Part shown: positions 31,181 through 32,000 of the stretch, piece by piece
Position numbering within the stretch: the stretch's first letter is position 1
Layout of the letters: each line of letters starts with the position of its first letter
Notes under the pieces: model-generated
The model's input: only the letters and a program-made list of their open reading frames with translations
The model's database searches: none
Told to the model about the DNA's origin: nothing
NCBI RefSeq assembly: GCF_047555085.1
Contig: NZ_CP180230.1
Coordinates: forward strand, 240,001-272,000
DNA length: 32,000 nt
Direction of reading: 5' to 3'
Source of the DNA: Candidatus Saccharimonadota bacterium
Lineage (GTDB): Archaea > Nanohalarchaeota > Nanosalinia > Nanosalinales > Nanosalinaceae
Position numbers and translations under genes: made by a program

Positions 31181-31822
31181 ATGACTTTAATCGGCTACTG
31201 GCCTCTCAACGAAAACTCCGGAAAGGCCTATGATCACTCCGGCAACGATAATCACGGCACAGTGAATGGAGGGGTTACACAGGGAACAACAGGCCTTCTG
31301 GGAGATAATGCCTATAATTTCAACGGGTCAGATAGCTACGTTGACTACGGATTTTCAAAGAACTTCAGCAAGGTATCAATGTTTTGCTGGATATACATTA
31401 CAGATATCTCCAATTACGATTCACTGATCAGCAAGTACGGAGGAGAAAACTCTGTAGGCGGCAGATCTTACGAACTACTTCAAAACGATCAAGGCGGAAT
31501 AAGATTTCACACCTCCGATGATCGCTTCGACTCAGACTCTCAGATCCAGGAATCCCAGTGGCATCACGTAGGCGCCACATGGGACGGAAATCAAGCCAGA
31601 ATTTTCATAGACGGAAAACAGGATAACTCCAGCCAGAACCTGACACATAACACAAACAATATTACCTGGCAAACAGGAAGAAGCCCCAGATCAACTAACT
31701 ACACACAAGGAAAAATCTCCGAAGTCCGTATCTACAATAGGCCTATCACAGAACGTGAAGTCCAGTACCTCTATCAAGTTGGGAGTAGAGGCCTTCAGAC
31801 AACTTCCAAGAAAACTTCCTGA
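31181..31822 (+). CDS. LamG/concanavalin-A-like lectin domain protein
   Basis: LIGYWPLNENSGKAYDHSGNDNHGTVNGG...NFNGSDSYVDYG...WHHVGATWDGNQARIFIDGKQ...GKISEVRIYNRPITEREVQYLY matches the Laminin_G_3 pattern. There is no obvious signal peptide. Confidence 0.7.
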   Translation: MTLIGYWPLNENSGKAYDHSGNDNHGTVNGGVTQGTTGLLGDNAYNFNGSDSYVDYGFSKNFSKVSMFCWIYITDISNYDSLISKYGGENSVGGRSYELLQNDQGGIRFHTSDDRFDSDSQIQESQWHHVGATWDGNQARIFIDGKQDNSSQNLTHNTNNITWQTGRSPRSTNYTQGKISEVRIYNRPITEREVQYLYQVGSRGLQTTSKKTS

Positions 31823-31847
31823 GATAAGAAAAGGGAGTAGAGAAAAT

Positions 31848-32000
31848 TTATTCTACTTCGAGTTCTTCTACTACTTCTGCATTCAAGTCTGCTTTTCCTC
31901 CTGTAGGATGCGCGAGAACTTCACTGCAGACAAGGCATTGTACTTCTTCGGAAGGCCTTGAGAAGATTACTTGCTGATTTCCACATTCGCTGCATTCTGC
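31848..32000 (-). CDS. rps27e: Ribosomal protein eS27 (S27e), C-terminal part (start beyond window edge)
   Basis: Hand translation to the window edge gives ...AECSECGNQQVIFSRPSEEVQCLVCSEVLAHPTGGKADLNAEVVEELEVE. It has the C-x2-C...C-x2-C zinc ribbon and the GGKA motif of eS27. Confidence 0.85.
   Translation of the reverse strand, partial: AECSECGNQQVIFSRPSEEVQCLVCSEVLAHPTGGKADLNAEVVEELEVE

Noticed and set aside
31755-31961. 68-aa plus-strand ORF after the LamG gene.
   Set aside because: The minus strand encodes the C-terminus of eS27, with its zinc ribbon and GGKA motif.
1-32000. Searches for tRNA, rRNA, CRISPR repeats, transposase/integrase genes and defence-system genes.
   Set aside because: I saw no T-loop-like GGTTCRANYC with matching acceptor stems in any spacer, no rRNA-like GC-rich blocks, no regularly spaced repeats, and no nuclease, integrase or defence-type domains. 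All sizeable ORFs are accounted for above.

Overview
This window is a gene-dense, moderately AT-rich archaeal chromosome segment with about 50 CDS, many 1-4 nt gene overlaps and short spacers.

**Informational genes.** The box C/D sRNP set is present (Nop5-like, fibrillarin, L7Ae), as is H/ACA Nop10. Ribosomal proteins uS2, eS27 (partial), eS28 and eL24 are here, with RNA polymerase subunit K, aIF2-alpha and aIF5B. Enolase, an XPD helicase and an NreA-like repair protein sit alongside them.

**Fe-S assembly.** A complete but scattered SUF system (sufC; sufU; sufS; sufB-sufD) occupies the middle of the window.

**Accessory content.**
- an ABC-2 exporter with a surface-glycoprotein-like ORF
- a MATE pump
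- four small regulators (TetR, PadR, XRE and an RHH missed by the ORF track), several next to membrane proteins
- two NUDIX paralogues
- a LamG-domain ORF
- several orphan, strongly acidic small proteins

**Likely source (inference).** The uniformly acidic proteome, low-to-mid 40s percent GC (by eye) and compaction suggest a salt-in halophilic, small-genome archaeon, for example a Nanohaloarchaeota/DPANN-like organism.

**Not found.** I recognised no rRNA, tRNA, CRISPR array or transposase.

**Genes recovered by hand.** Five short genes absent from the 60-aa ORF track were recovered by hand translation: eL24, eS28, RpoK, Nop10 and RHH. Two window-edge partial genes (ABC-2 permease, eS27) were also added. 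Several track ORFs were trimmed to internal ATG starts.

**Main finding.** The strongest signal is not a gene. The palindrome AGGCCT occurs about 140 times by hand count, in all three codon phases and in spacers. That is roughly 20-fold above a simple composition expectation.

**Other leads.**
- a shared dyad-containing promoter module upstream of both sufC and sufB
- a nested hairpin element in the sufB-sufD spacer
- a Nop5 that lacks the fibrillarin-binding N-terminal domain
- an autoregulatory-looking RHH locus
- a cluster pairing small regulators with membrane proteins
- loss of zinc-ribbon cysteines in eL24 and Nop10
- a Q/N/S-rich low-complexity protein
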